Shown: positions 18,498-27,725 of the stretch, piece by piece
How positions within the stretch are numbered: the first letter of the stretch is position 1
How the letters are laid out: each line of letters begins with the position of its first letter
Origin: Bacteroidota bacterium
Lineage (GTDB): Bacteria > Bacteroidota > Bacteroidia > NS11-12g > UBA955
Length of the DNA: 36,109 nt
Assembly: GCA_039796915.1 (NCBI GenBank)
Contig: JBDKIU010000113.1
Location: 1-36,109 of the forward strand
Reading direction: 5' to 3'
Translations under genes and position numbers: made by a program
The notes under the pieces: generated by a model
The model's input: only the letters and a program-made list of their open reading frames with translations
Database searches by the model: none
What the model was told of the DNA's origin: nothing

Positions 18498-19054
18498 CTC
18501 AGGCCTTCCAGCCAGTTGCGCAACATCCCAAACCCCGATTCCGTGCAAATGGCTTCGGGATGAAATTGAACACCTTCCAAGGGTAAATAACGATGCCTGA
18601 TCCCCATGATGGCACCCGATTCCGTGCGCGCCGTAACTTGCATTTCCTTCCCCGGGTTGTCCAAGATCAAACTGTGATACCGGCAAACCCAAACCTGTTC
18701 GGGAAGTCCACGGTAAACGCCAAGCCCATCGTGGGTGATTTTCGTTGTTTTGCCATGGACAGGCTCTGCCGCTTTTACCAAACTTCCACCGAAAAAAAGC
18801 CCCAGGGCCTGATGACCCAGACAAACGCCCAACATGGGAATTTTCTGATGATTGGCCGCTATGAACGGCATCAACAGTCCGGCCTGCATGGGGTCTTTAG
18901 GTCCCGGAGAAAGCACCGCAGCGTCACATTGAATATCGTGCAAGGCAGGATCGTCGTTCTTCAGCACGGTGCATTTCGCGCCGGCTTCCATCAGGTAGTG
19001 AACCAAATTCCACGTAAAGGAATCGTAATTGTCCAGGAGCAGAATATGTTTCAT
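18494..19054 (-). CDS. Anthranilate/aminodeoxychorismate synthase component II (TrpG/PabA glutamine amidotransferase)
   Basis: DNYDSFT, SPGP, GVCLGHQ, RYHSL, GVQFHPE. Confidence 0.93.
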   Translation of the reverse strand: MKHILLLDNYDSFTWNLVHYLMEAGAKCTVLKNDDPALHDIQCDAAVLSPGPKDPMQAGLLMPFIAANHQKIPMLGVCLGHQALGLFFGGSLVKAAEPVHGKTTKITHDGLGVYRGLPEQVWVCRYHSLILDNPGKEMQVTARTESGAIMGIRHRYLPLEGVQFHPEAICTESGFGMLRNWLEGLS

Positions 19055-19740
19055 GCCACACTTCCTTTTCCAGGCAGGAACTGCTTCAGATAAAATGGTT
19101 CGAAATAGGCCACATCCACAAACTGACCTTTCCGGAAGGCATCAGCCGCTAACGCGCCCATTCCTGTGGCATCCGGCAGCAGTTCAGGAAAAAACGTGGC
19201 CTTGTCTGACCATCGGCACAACTGCTGCCATTTTGCTGCTCCGGAACCGGCAAACACCAGCTGATACTCGCCGGCCAGCTCGAGAAAATCATCGGGCTCC
19301 AGAATTTTTGGCGCCACCGGAATCACTGTATTCAGTTCCTGGGATTCATAAACGGCGGTGTACACTTCCATCCTGCGGGCATCTGTCATGGGCACAAGCA
19401 TAGAAGGTGCAGCCCAGGCCGCTTCTTCCCTCATGTTCCAGGCCAGCGCCTGCAAGGTGTCGATGGACAACAAAGGCACATTCCAACCAAAACAAAGCCC
19501 TTTGGCCATGCTCGCGCCAATACGCAAGCCGGTGTAAGAACCCGGACCCTTGCTCAGGGCCACTGCACTTGGAGTTCGCCCGAAATCACGAATTATTTTA
19601 TCGACCATAGGCGCCAAACGTTCCGCATGAGCAAGCGGTGCAGCCGCTCGTTCAACAGCCAAGAGCCGGTCGCCTTCAAACAGCGCAACCGAGCAAAACC
19701 TGTCGGAACTTTCAATACATAAAATGAGCGGTTCCATCAT
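19051..19740 (-). CDS. tsaB: tRNA threonylcarbamoyltransferase subunit TsaB
   Basis: ILCIESS, HAERL, GPGSYTGLRIG, DARRMEVY, FEPFYLK. Confidence 0.95.
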   Translation of the reverse strand: MMEPLILCIESSDRFCSVALFEGDRLLAVERAAAPLAHAERLAPMVDKIIRDFGRTPSAVALSKGPGSYTGLRIGASMAKGLCFGWNVPLLSIDTLQALAWNMREEAAWAAPSMLVPMTDARRMEVYTAVYESQELNTVIPVAPKILEPDDFLELAGEYQLVFAGSGAAKWQQLCRWSDKATFFPELLPDATGMGALAADAFRKGQFVDVAYFEPFYLKQFLPGKGSVA

Positions 19741-20366
19741 TGCGGCTCCCTGAAATCACGAAAATGTCCATTTAACGAGATGGCGCGCTTCATCTGCGCA
19801 ACAGCGGACAAATGTTCAAACAATTCTTTGAGCCAATGCAACACACGCTGTTGCTGTCCGGCGTAATCCTCGAGCTGCAGGAGTTCAAATTCCTGCTCCG
19901 GCGTCAACCCGATTTTATGAATGAATTCCGCAATGCGGGAAGCAGATTTGAACCGTTGTGGATCAGTGTCTTCAATCAACAACAACACTTCCTGCAGCAA
20001 ATCATCAATGCGCAGGGTAAGTTCTTTATCCTCGTCATCATCAAACGCCCTGGGCGTGCACCATACCTGATCCGGTTGGTTTGGATTGGCAGAAGCAAGA
20101 TAATCATCGATATCAACAACAAACTGCCCGCGCACCAGGATGTCGCAACTGCCGCCCTGGTATTTATTCACCACTTGCTGCACAGAAGCAATGGTTCCTA
20201 CTTCCATGCGAACGCCCTGAATGACCGGCAACAATACAAAAGGCGAATGTTCTGACACACATTCCCCAATCATCTGCACATAACGAGGCTCGTAAATATG
20301 CAGCGGCAGCAACTCTTGCCGAAACAAACACAGGGGCAGCGGGAATACCGGCAACAGATCAGCCAT
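19737..20366 (-). CDS. LON peptidase substrate-binding domain protein (stand-alone)
   Basis: ATG 20366 gives MADLLPVFPLPL...LPLHIYEPRY; terminal NGHFR. Confidence 0.85.
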   Translation of the reverse strand: MADLLPVFPLPLCLFRQELLPLHIYEPRYVQMIGECVSEHSPFVLLPVIQGVRMEVGTIASVQQVVNKYQGGSCDILVRGQFVVDIDDYLASANPNQPDQVWCTPRAFDDDEDKELTLRIDDLLQEVLLLIEDTDPQRFKSASRIAEFIHKIGLTPEQEFELLQLEDYAGQQQRVLHWLKELFEHLSAVAQMKRAISLNGHFRDFREPQ

Positions 20367-20433
20367 GATGCAAAATAACACGAGCGGGTAAAAACGGCAT
20401 AAGATTTGGAACGTTTCGGGTGAATTTAAACTC

Positions 20434-20835
20434 ATGAAAAAACTTCACCTATTTCTACTTTCGGCTACCCTCATCGGATCGGCCGCGGCATTGATGAGTT
20501 TCACTCAGAAATCAACCAATTCCACCCAGTATTTGCAGTTGACCACCATTGAAAGTGCCGTGCCCGGCGGGCTTGCACGTTCAAGAATGATTGCTACCGA
20601 TAAAACGGGTGCTGTGGAAGAAGTAAAGCTCGAAAATTTTTACAGCATGGTAGGAATCAATTTCGAGAACATCCGCTTTAATGATGCTCAGATTACCACC
20701 AAGCTGGAAGCTTACGCCGCTGAAGGATGGGAATTGATGAGCGTTACTTCCTCATTTACATCAACACCCAGCGGACAAGGTTCTGGCGGCAATGGCATTG
20801 TAATCAGTCGTTACCTGCTCAAAAAGAGCAACTAA
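20434..20835 (+). CDS. Small exported hypothetical protein
   Basis: Signal peptide; IESAVPGGLARSRM, NFYSMVGINF, EGWELMSV. Confidence 0.8.
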   Translation: MKKLHLFLLSATLIGSAAALMSFTQKSTNSTQYLQLTTIESAVPGGLARSRMIATDKTGAVEEVKLENFYSMVGINFENIRFNDAQITTKLEAYAAEGWELMSVTSSFTSTPSGQGSGGNGIVISRYLLKKSN

Positions 20836-20845
20836 AAACCTTTTT

Positions 20846-22570
20846 TCATCTTGCTTTTTTCCTAAGAGTCATGGAAGCGGGAAGCCTGAGGCTTCCCGTT
20901 TCTATGTTACGCCGACCACAACAACCACTGATGCTGATGCGCACATTCAGCTCCAGCCATTCGTTGTCACGCTTCAAGGCATACTTCAGGGTAGCTACTT
21001 CATCGCGATAAACCTGCTCCACGTCTTGCCTACTCCAGGCTCCGGGATCTTCCAAATAGGCCAAAGGGATGCGCAGACTGCGTTCCCACAGGGTTCCGGG
21101 AAGTGCTTCAAGTGGTTTTTTAGGCAACAGCAGTTGGGCTAATTCGAGCCGAATCGTGCTGTCCCGAACTGAATCCTTTCCAGAGACGGCACAAATACCT
21201 TCCAAAACGAACGCCAGATCAGGCAATTGTTGTGCCCGGGCATCGAGCAGCCAGGCTTCTGGCACCAATGCCCTGCATACGGCAATATCCACCTCACCTC
21301 GTTGTTCGGCAGTTAAACGCCCATAATCCTTCCACAAAACAGCCTGTTTCCCCTGAAAGCGTTGCCGAAACTGCAGCATGCCATTTCCATTATAGATCAA
21401 AGCCGCCTGATCCTTGTTCACGCTTGTCTCAGGCAGTGGAAATTGCTTCCATGAAGGAATACCTGTTGTTGCCAAAGGAATGAAAAAGCCTGTACATCCG
21501 GCATATTCCAAGGGCAGCGTCTCCTTAAACCGTCCTACGGAAGTGATGGCAATCTTCACAGCGGGAATCCACAGAAAGGTTTCAGCGATATCGGGTAGAA
21601 ACGTCAGAGAAGTGTCCAGCGGATTTCGGGTTCTGTCAGCCGCAAAAACCAATTCATGCGGTACATCCATCAACTGCAAAAGGTGATGCATTGCTTTGTG
21701 GCTGTAGGGAAGCTCTTCGCGCCGAAACATTCCTGGAATGGCCATGATCTGCTTGTTCAACGGCGCAGGACTCATGTGCCGCAGTCGGCGATACATGGAC
21801 GCAATCTGCTTACGCTCCTTTACACTGCAAGGAGATTCAATGGATTGCCTCACCTGCACCGCCACCTGCGGCCAATCCTGAACCTGTGTGGATTTCGCCT
21901 TGCGAACCACCAAACGTGCCACTGGAAGAATGGTTGATCCGCTCGCTGAATCATCAGATTTTTGTGACAGCAAAAGCTGTGTAAACACTTTCTGGTCGCG
22001 GCTCTTTCGCTCAGAAGCAGCTTCAAGTCCGGTAAAAGAATAGGCTACCGCCAATTCCGGCGGATGCACCAGCACGAGCTTGGCAGCCTGGGTTGGAGGC
22101 AGTGTGAAGTTCAGATGTAAATACAACAGCGGCGCCTGCTGAACCACCGTGATGTACTCGAGCACACAGCAGGGCCGGCGACCTCCAAACATCAGCAAAC
22201 CCTGGTTTTCCTGAGTATCAGCCACAAGCAGTGCGCGCGTATCATTTTCCAGCACAGCACCTGCGGAGTCGCGCAGCCTGGCCTGCATCATCAGCAACTT
22301 GCCCTGCACCGGTTCGCCGCGGTGCTGTGTTGTAGCCGCCCACGAAGGATAATATACTTTTCGGTGCTGGAGGATGTAAACAGCATCAAAAGCAAATTCG
22401 ACGATGCGTGTTTCTGAGAGCAGTACCGGTGCCGACTTATTGTATTGGGCAGGAATGGTTTGCGGAAGCGCGGCCGCATCCCAGGAATAGAAAAGATATT
22501 CCGGCTTTTGTGCCTGTACCTCTGCGATACACAAAAAAAACAACCACCAGCACTTCAAGCGCAGTTTCAT
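20846..22570 (-). CDS. Exported hypothetical protein, distantly DUF3857/transglutaminase-associated-like
   Basis: ATG 22570 overlaps the upstream stop (ATGA); signal peptide; family call from overall layout only. Confidence 0.55.
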   Translation of the reverse strand: MKLRLKCWWLFFLCIAEVQAQKPEYLFYSWDAAALPQTIPAQYNKSAPVLLSETRIVEFAFDAVYILQHRKVYYPSWAATTQHRGEPVQGKLLMMQARLRDSAGAVLENDTRALLVADTQENQGLLMFGGRRPCCVLEYITVVQQAPLLYLHLNFTLPPTQAAKLVLVHPPELAVAYSFTGLEAASERKSRDQKVFTQLLLSQKSDDSASGSTILPVARLVVRKAKSTQVQDWPQVAVQVRQSIESPCSVKERKQIASMYRRLRHMSPAPLNKQIMAIPGMFRREELPYSHKAMHHLLQLMDVPHELVFAADRTRNPLDTSLTFLPDIAETFLWIPAVKIAITSVGRFKETLPLEYAGCTGFFIPLATTGIPSWKQFPLPETSVNKDQAALIYNGNGMLQFRQRFQGKQAVLWKDYGRLTAEQRGEVDIAVCRALVPEAWLLDARAQQLPDLAFVLEGICAVSGKDSVRDSTIRLELAQLLLPKKPLEALPGTLWERSLRIPLAYLEDPGAWSRQDVEQVYRDEVATLKYALKRDNEWLELNVRISISGCCGRRNIETGSLRLPASMTLRKKAR

Positions 22571-22911
22571 AGGTGAAGCATCTTCGCCGGATCCCAAAAC
22601 AGTTGTTCAAAATGGACCACCTGGTCCTCGATTACACGGATGCCTTCGCGTTCCAATTGAAGTTCCATGGGATGATCCGGAGGGAAATGTGCTTTCCCGC
22701 TGAGCATGCCCAGGCGGTTCACCACCCGGTGCGCCGGAACCGGAGGAAGAATAAAATGACTTTGATTCATGGCCCAGCCAACCAGCCTGCTGCTTTTCCC
22801 TGTACCCAAATAGCGCGCGATGGCGCCGTAAGTTGTTACCCTTCCGTAAGGAATGAGGCGCACCACTTCATACACCTGCTCATAAAAAGACATCGTGGAA
22901 GGCTCCGTCAT
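22567..22911 (-). CDS. MGMT family / alkyltransferase-like (ATL) protein
   Basis: IPYGRVTTYGAIA, RLVGWAM, PAHRVVN (Ala in place of the catalytic Cys). Confidence 0.9.
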   Translation of the reverse strand: MTEPSTMSFYEQVYEVVRLIPYGRVTTYGAIARYLGTGKSSRLVGWAMNQSHFILPPVPAHRVVNRLGMLSGKAHFPPDHPMELQLEREGIRVIEDQVVHFEQLFWDPAKMLHL

Positions 22912-22960
22912 CAATTGGAACAAATTTTGCGAAATTTGAAAGCAATATACTTCGATTCGC

Positions 22961-24670
22961 ATGAAGATCACGAACCGCTTTCACCTGATGCTTTGCTCTT
23001 TGATGCTCGCAGGCAGCCTCAGTGGCCAACAAACCGACAAGCCGATTTTGTCTGAGCCACCGCCACCGCCGCCACCGGTGAATCAGCCCTTCATGCAGGC
23101 AACAAAACCTCAAACTTTAGGACCGATAACTCCATTCATGAACTGGGCCGAAAGGAATCCGGTTGGGGTTTATCCAAAACTGAAAAATGCGCCCACCTGG
23201 GACGGAAGAACGGCTGGAAACTATAGAATCGAAATTCGCCTGAAGAGCATGAAGCCGGGCATGGTTTATCTGGCTGACCATTTTGCCGATGCCAAATACC
23301 TGCGCGATACCGCCGTTGCTGATAAGAACGGAGTTGCAGTCTTCACCGGAACCAAGCGCCTGCAGCGTGGCATGTATTTGTTTGTTTTCAACGGTAAATC
23401 CGAAATGTTTGAACTGGTGATTGATGATGACCAGGACTTTGTCATCACCACAGATACCTCCTGGAATGGAGACTACTACAGTAAGATGAAGGTAGATGGC
23501 CACGAGGCCAATGCTGCTTTTGCAGCCTACAACATCAGCCGAAGGGTTTATGCTGAAAAGAGGTATTACTTAACTCAGGATTTGCGCGTGTTGAAAGACA
23601 GCATTTCAAAATTCCCTGAACAACCCACCAAAACCGAAAAAGCTGCCAAAGCCGCCCTTGAAAAACAGATGGCAGGCATGGAAGCCAAATTAACAGAGGT
23701 GGACATCAGGAACAACGAACTGGACAGCCTCTACATCCTGAAATACCCCAAACATTACCTTTCCAAATTCCTTCGGGCCGTTCAGGAACCCGATGTATCG
23801 CGCGAAATCCCCCTGGGAAAAGACGGCAAACCCGACAGCATGGCGGCGGTGTACCGGTATAAAGAGAAGTTTTGGGACAAAGTGGATTTGTGTGAAGATG
23901 GTCTGATCCGCTCGCCATACAACGTGCTGAAGCGGAAGATTGATGAATACTTCGATAACCTGGTTGTGCCGGTGGTTGATTCCATTGCTTATGAGGCCGA
24001 CCGCCTGATTGCGCGTGCAGGTTGCTCCATAGAAAATGAGAAATACCTGATCTGGTACATCACCAACAAGTTTGAAACCAGCAAAATCATGTGCATCGAA
24101 GACGGCGTGTTCGTACACATGGCAAAAAACTACTATTGCCAGGGTCGCGCATGGTGGTGTGATTCGGCTACGGTAGCCAAGATGTGCGAAGGCGCCGACC
24201 GCATGAGCCATACCCTTTGCGGAACAAGGGCTCCGGACCTGCAGTTGTACGATACTGCCGGCGTGCCAAAGCGCCTTTTTGCATTACAGGCTCCTTATAC
24301 ATTCGTAATATTTTGGGATCCAACCTGCGGCCATTGCCAGAAAGTAGTGCCCGAACTGTACAGCACTTATCTGAAACATAAAAAAGAAGGCTGGAAGGTG
24401 TATGCCATTTCCAGCAGGGATAAAGAAAAAGAGTGGCGGGAATACCTGCAAAAACATCCTGAAATCAAGGAATGGGTAAACGTTTGCAGGCTGGAAGAAA
24501 ACTCCATCTGGCACCTGAACATGTACAACTATAACAACATCTCCAATCCAACCATCTTCATCCTGGATCAAAGTAAAAAGGTGATCGCCAAGAAGATTGA
24601 CGTGGAGAAGATTGAAGAGTTTCTGAAAAACTACGAAGAGGTAGAAGCGCGCAAAGCCCAATTAAAATAA
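22961..24670 (+). CDS. Exported TlpA-like thiol-disulfide oxidoreductase (DUF4369/DUF5106-type N-terminal region plus thioredoxin domain)
   Basis: Signal peptide, poly-Pro linker, APDLQL, FWDPTCGHC, PTIFILD. Confidence 0.85.
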   Translation: MKITNRFHLMLCSLMLAGSLSGQQTDKPILSEPPPPPPPVNQPFMQATKPQTLGPITPFMNWAERNPVGVYPKLKNAPTWDGRTAGNYRIEIRLKSMKPGMVYLADHFADAKYLRDTAVADKNGVAVFTGTKRLQRGMYLFVFNGKSEMFELVIDDDQDFVITTDTSWNGDYYSKMKVDGHEANAAFAAYNISRRVYAEKRYYLTQDLRVLKDSISKFPEQPTKTEKAAKAALEKQMAGMEAKLTEVDIRNNELDSLYILKYPKHYLSKFLRAVQEPDVSREIPLGKDGKPDSMAAVYRYKEKFWDKVDLCEDGLIRSPYNVLKRKIDEYFDNLVVPVVDSIAYEADRLIARAGCSIENEKYLIWYITNKFETSKIMCIEDGVFVHMAKNYYCQGRAWWCDSATVAKMCEGADRMSHTLCGTRAPDLQLYDTAGVPKRLFALQAPYTFVIFWDPTCGHCQKVVPELYSTYLKHKKEGWKVYAISSRDKEKEWREYLQKHPEIKEWVNVCRLEENSIWHLNMYNYNNISNPTIFILDQSKKVIAKKIDVEKIEEFLKNYEEVEARKAQLK

Positions 24671-25312
24671 AAACCTGGGGAAGGGCTCTTTCCGTTCCAT
24701 GTGGTTGCGCATGTCGCGATACAGTGTTCCGGTGAATACCGAAACGCCAATGGAATAAATAGATCCGTTAAACGAGGGCCCTGCCCCATTCGCCATTCTG
24801 AATCCCAAGCCGGCCGATAAACCGAAGTAACGCGTGAGGCGATACAAGGCTGTTGCCTGTGCTTCCAGGGGAAACATCAACGAGCGGCTGGTTTCTTCCC
24901 TGATTCCATTTCGGATGTTGGTTTTTGAAGCCAGTCCCAAGCCCAGTTGCGCCGGTATTTTCAATTCCCAGCGTGCGTCTTTGTATAATAAGTACTCGAA
25001 GGTGGCACTGGCATAGCTCATGCCCAGTTTGCGGTACAGCGTATCGCCGCTGCGGATGTATTGCAGGGAAACAATCCTTCTCCTCAAAGTGTACAATCCG
25101 GCATAAACCCCTACCCGTCCGTAGTCCCAGCCAAGGCGACCGCCCAAAACAGAAGCCGGCGTAGAACCAATAAACGAGCTTCTTCCATCCAGCGACATGC
25201 TGAAAGATGGCTTTGCGGCAAACCACTGGTGCAAGGAATCACGGATTGCCGGCAGCTGCGCAGCAGATTCCAATCCGGCAGAGATGAGTATCAGCAGTAA
25301 AACCTTCCGCAT
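24662..25312 (-). CDS. Hypothetical exported protein, probable outer-membrane beta-barrel
   Basis: Signal peptide, Gly/aromatic-rich alternating strands. Confidence 0.65.
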   Translation of the reverse strand: MRKVLLLILISAGLESAAQLPAIRDSLHQWFAAKPSFSMSLDGRSSFIGSTPASVLGGRLGWDYGRVGVYAGLYTLRRRIVSLQYIRSGDTLYRKLGMSYASATFEYLLYKDARWELKIPAQLGLGLASKTNIRNGIREETSRSLMFPLEAQATALYRLTRYFGLSAGLGFRMANGAGPSFNGSIYSIGVSVFTGTLYRDMRNHMERKEPFPRFLF

Positions 25313-25322
25313 GGCTGGTGTA

Positions 25323-25330
25323 CAAACTTA
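25323..25330 (-). promoter_or_regulatory. -7 box
   Basis: TAAGTTTG on the minus strand, 10 nt before ATG 25312. Confidence 0.55.
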
Positions 25331-25374
25331 TGAACGACCTGGCCGCGCTACATGTTGTGTTTGCAAACAGGCAT

Positions 25375-25400
25375 AAAAAAAGGCCTGAAAATCAGGCCTT
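25375..25400 (-). terminator. Intrinsic terminator of tRNA-Phe
   Basis: Minus strand AAGGCCTGA-TTT-TCAGGCCTT followed by a T-run, just 3' of the tRNA. Confidence 0.8.
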
Positions 25401-25401
25401 C

Positions 25402-25477
25402 TGGTGGTATCGGACGGAATCGAACCGCCGACACAAGGATTTTCAGTCCTTTGCTCTACCAACTGAGCTACGATACC
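25402..25477 (-). tRNA. tRNA-Phe (GAA)
   Basis: GGTATCGTAGCTCAGTTGGTAGAGCAAAGGACTGAAAATCCTTGTGTCGGCGGTTCGATTCCGTCCGATACCACCA; 76 nt, cloverleaf, encoded CCA. Confidence 0.98.
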
Positions 25478-25550
25478 AACTCGGTGTGGGATTGTTCCCA
25501 AAACGAGGTGCGAAAATACACCTTTCCCCAGTACCTTGCAAACAGAAACT

Positions 25551-25898
25551 ATGAAATCTGAAGTTGAGTCATTTGAACAGTTCCGTTCTACCATGAACGA
25601 GAAGATCCTGAACGCTGACAATCTTGTACTGAAACGCCTGTTCAACCTGGATACACAAACCTATCAGGAGGGTGCTTTGAATGTCAAAACCAAGGAAATG
25701 CTTGGACTTGTGGCTTCGCTGGTTTTGCGCTGCGATGATTGCGTAAAGTATCATCTGGGCAAATGCCGCGAACAAGGTGTGAATACTGAAGAACTTTTTG
25801 AAGTGCTGGCCGTGGCCAATATTGTTGGTGGAACCATCGTGATTCCGCATACCCGCAGGGCGGTAGCTTATTGGGAAGCTTTACATTCAGAGGCCTGA
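25551..25898 (+). CDS. Carboxymuconolactone decarboxylase / AhpD family protein
   Basis: GALNVKTKEMLGL, LRCDDCVKYH. Confidence 0.9.
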   Translation: MKSEVESFEQFRSTMNEKILNADNLVLKRLFNLDTQTYQEGALNVKTKEMLGLVASLVLRCDDCVKYHLGKCREQGVNTEELFEVLAVANIVGGTIVIPHTRRAVAYWEALHSEA

Positions 25899-26465
25899 GC
25901 CGGAAGCTCTGGCTGCTGCAACTGCTTCCAGTTCGGCATACCACGACGGGCCCATTTTCCGGATCAGCGCTTCTTTCAGAAAGCGGAACAAGGGAATTTC
26001 CTGGGTTCGGCCTGCGGTGCAGGCACTCTGACAAATGTCCCAGCGATGGTAATTCATCACGGTAAACTCTCCGTAGTTTTTACTTCTGATGGGATACAAA
26101 TGACAGCTGATGGGTTTCCGAAATGCGGTGAGTCCCTGACGCCAGGCCTGTTCCATCCCGCACAGCGTAATACCCTGCTCACTGATGGCAAACACGCAGG
26201 TTCCATCCGGATGACAGCGAATCACCGCTTCTTCATCCTGATCTCGTTCCCAAAAAGGACCAGACTTGAGCATGGCCTGACTTCGTTCCGGCAATACTTC
26301 CATCATGGCCGGCAACTCCGACTCAATCATGGAAATTTCTGCTTCTTCCAGCGGCGCACCCACATCGCCCTGTACACAACAATCGCCTTTACATTGCTGC
26401 AGTTGACAGGCAAAATGGGCCTCCAGGATGTCTTCACTCAGCAGGGCTTCGCCAACAATGATCAT
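25887..26465 (-). CDS. DUF3109 family Cys-rich protein
   Basis: CKGDCCVQGDVGAPL, CVFA, KPISCHLYPIR, WDICQSAC. Confidence 0.9.
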   Translation of the reverse strand: MIIVGEALLSEDILEAHFACQLQQCKGDCCVQGDVGAPLEEAEISMIESELPAMMEVLPERSQAMLKSGPFWERDQDEEAVIRCHPDGTCVFAISEQGITLCGMEQAWRQGLTAFRKPISCHLYPIRSKNYGEFTVMNYHRWDICQSACTAGRTQEIPLFRFLKEALIRKMGPSWYAELEAVAAARASGSGL

Positions 26466-26983
26466 CAGAAATTATTGCTGTTCAGGTAATCTTCAAAACC
26501 CTGCGCTTCCAGCTTTTCTGCCTTCTTCAGCACTTCCTGTTCCAGGCTTTTCTTAAAGTCCTGAACTTTTTGTGCCAAATCCGGATTGCTGATGGCCAGC
26601 ATTTGCGCTGCCATGATTCCGGCATTACGGGCGCCATTGATGGCCATCGTCGCCACAGGAACTCCGGGAGGCATTTGCACAATGGAATACAGTGAATCTA
26701 AGCCAGACATGGTTCTTGACTGCACCGGCACGCCGATAACGGGCAGATGGGTGAGGCTGGCAACCATTCCGGGCAGATGGGCAGCGCCTCCGGCGCCTGC
26801 GATGATGACACCAAAGCCCAAGGTGTGCGCCTTCCCCGCAAAATCAAACATTCTTGCAGGTGTGCGATGGGCAGAGACCACCGTGAGCTCAAATGCCACT
26901 CCAAAATGTTCCAGGATGCGGGCGGCCTCCTGCATCACCGGCAGGTCGGAATCCGAACCCATGATGATTGCTACTTTAGCCAT
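26465..26983 (-). CDS. purE: N5-CAIR mutase
   Basis: IIMGSDSDL, SAHRTP, AGAGGAAHLPGM, SIVQMPPGVPVAT. Confidence 0.97.
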   Translation of the reverse strand: MAKVAIIMGSDSDLPVMQEAARILEHFGVAFELTVVSAHRTPARMFDFAGKAHTLGFGVIIAGAGGAAHLPGMVASLTHLPVIGVPVQSRTMSGLDSLYSIVQMPPGVPVATMAINGARNAGIMAAQMLAISNPDLAQKVQDFKKSLEQEVLKKAEKLEAQGFEDYLNSNNF

Positions 26984-26991
26984 AGGTGTTG

Positions 26992-26999
26992 CAAAATTA
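26992..26999 (-). promoter_or_regulatory. -7 box of purE overlapping the upstream stop codon
   Basis: TAATTTTG on the minus strand, 8 nt before ATG. Confidence 0.55.
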
Positions 27000-27725
27000 G
27001 TTTGTTCCTTCAGATGAATTACTGCGCCGCCTGCGCCACAACTGATCGACAGCAGAAAGAAGCAGATAAGCCACGAATATCCAGGGAACGGCCTGCCAGC
27101 CCTGCACTAAAATTCCAACAAGCAGTACCAACAGAAATGCGTAGTGAAACGGTTGTGCTTTAAGGTTGAATGATTTGAATTTGAATGCCATCAGCGACAT
27201 TTCTCCCACCAGCAGGTAGGCCGAAACCACAGGAAAAAGCGTTACAAACCGAAAATGCGTTACCAGCGGCTCCAACAGTCCGTGTGCTGCTGCGATGAAT
27301 GGAAATGAAGCAATGAGCAATCCGTTTGCGGGTGTTGGCACGCCGATAAAACCCTGCGATTGCCGCTCATCCACGTTGAATTTCGCCAAACGGTAAGCTG
27401 ATGCCAGCGGAATGGCCAGAAATACGTACGTATTCGGACAGAATCCTTCTGCAGAACAATAACCGTTGCTGATGGCCAGGTATTGCATGATGAATCCGGG
27501 CGCCACGCCAAAGGTGACCAGATCAGCCAGCGAATCCAGCTGCAGCCCTATGGGCGACTGCGCTTTCAGCAATCTGGCGGCAAAGCCATCCAAAAAATCA
27601 AAACCGGCTGCCAGCAGGATGAGCCAGGAGGCCGAGGTTGGATGACCCTCGAAAACCGCGGCAATGGCCAAAACACCACAGGCCAGGTTCGAAAGCGTAA
27701 GCAGGTTGGGAATCTGTTTCATCAT
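26997..27725 (-). CDS. pssA: CDP-diacylglycerol--serine O-phosphatidyltransferase
   Basis: IPNLLTLSNL, DFLDGFAAR, LDSLADLVTFGVAP, RLAKFN, FIGVPTP. Confidence 0.88.
   Translation of the reverse strand: MMKQIPNLLTLSNLACGVLAIAAVFEGHPTSASWLILLAAGFDFLDGFAARLLKAQSPIGLQLDSLADLVTFGVAPGFIMQYLAISNGYCSAEGFCPNTYVFLAIPLASAYRLAKFNVDERQSQGFIGVPTPANGLLIASFPFIAAAHGLLEPLVTHFRFVTLFPVVSAYLLVGEMSLMAFKFKSFNLKAQPFHYAFLLVLLVGILVQGWQAVPWIFVAYLLLSAVDQLWRRRRSNSSEGTN

Noticed and set aside
22567-22911. MGMT homologue lacking the catalytic Cys (PAHRV)
   Set aside because: Known alkyltransferase-like subfamily, not a pseudogene or a novelty
23056-23078. GCCACC/GCCGCC micro-repeat
   Set aside because: Simply encodes a poly-proline linker; too short and impure for a phase-variable tract
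25402-25477. tRNA-Phe as the attachment site of an integrated element
   Set aside because: No integrase nearby, no duplicated tRNA 3' end seen, and the flanking genes look core
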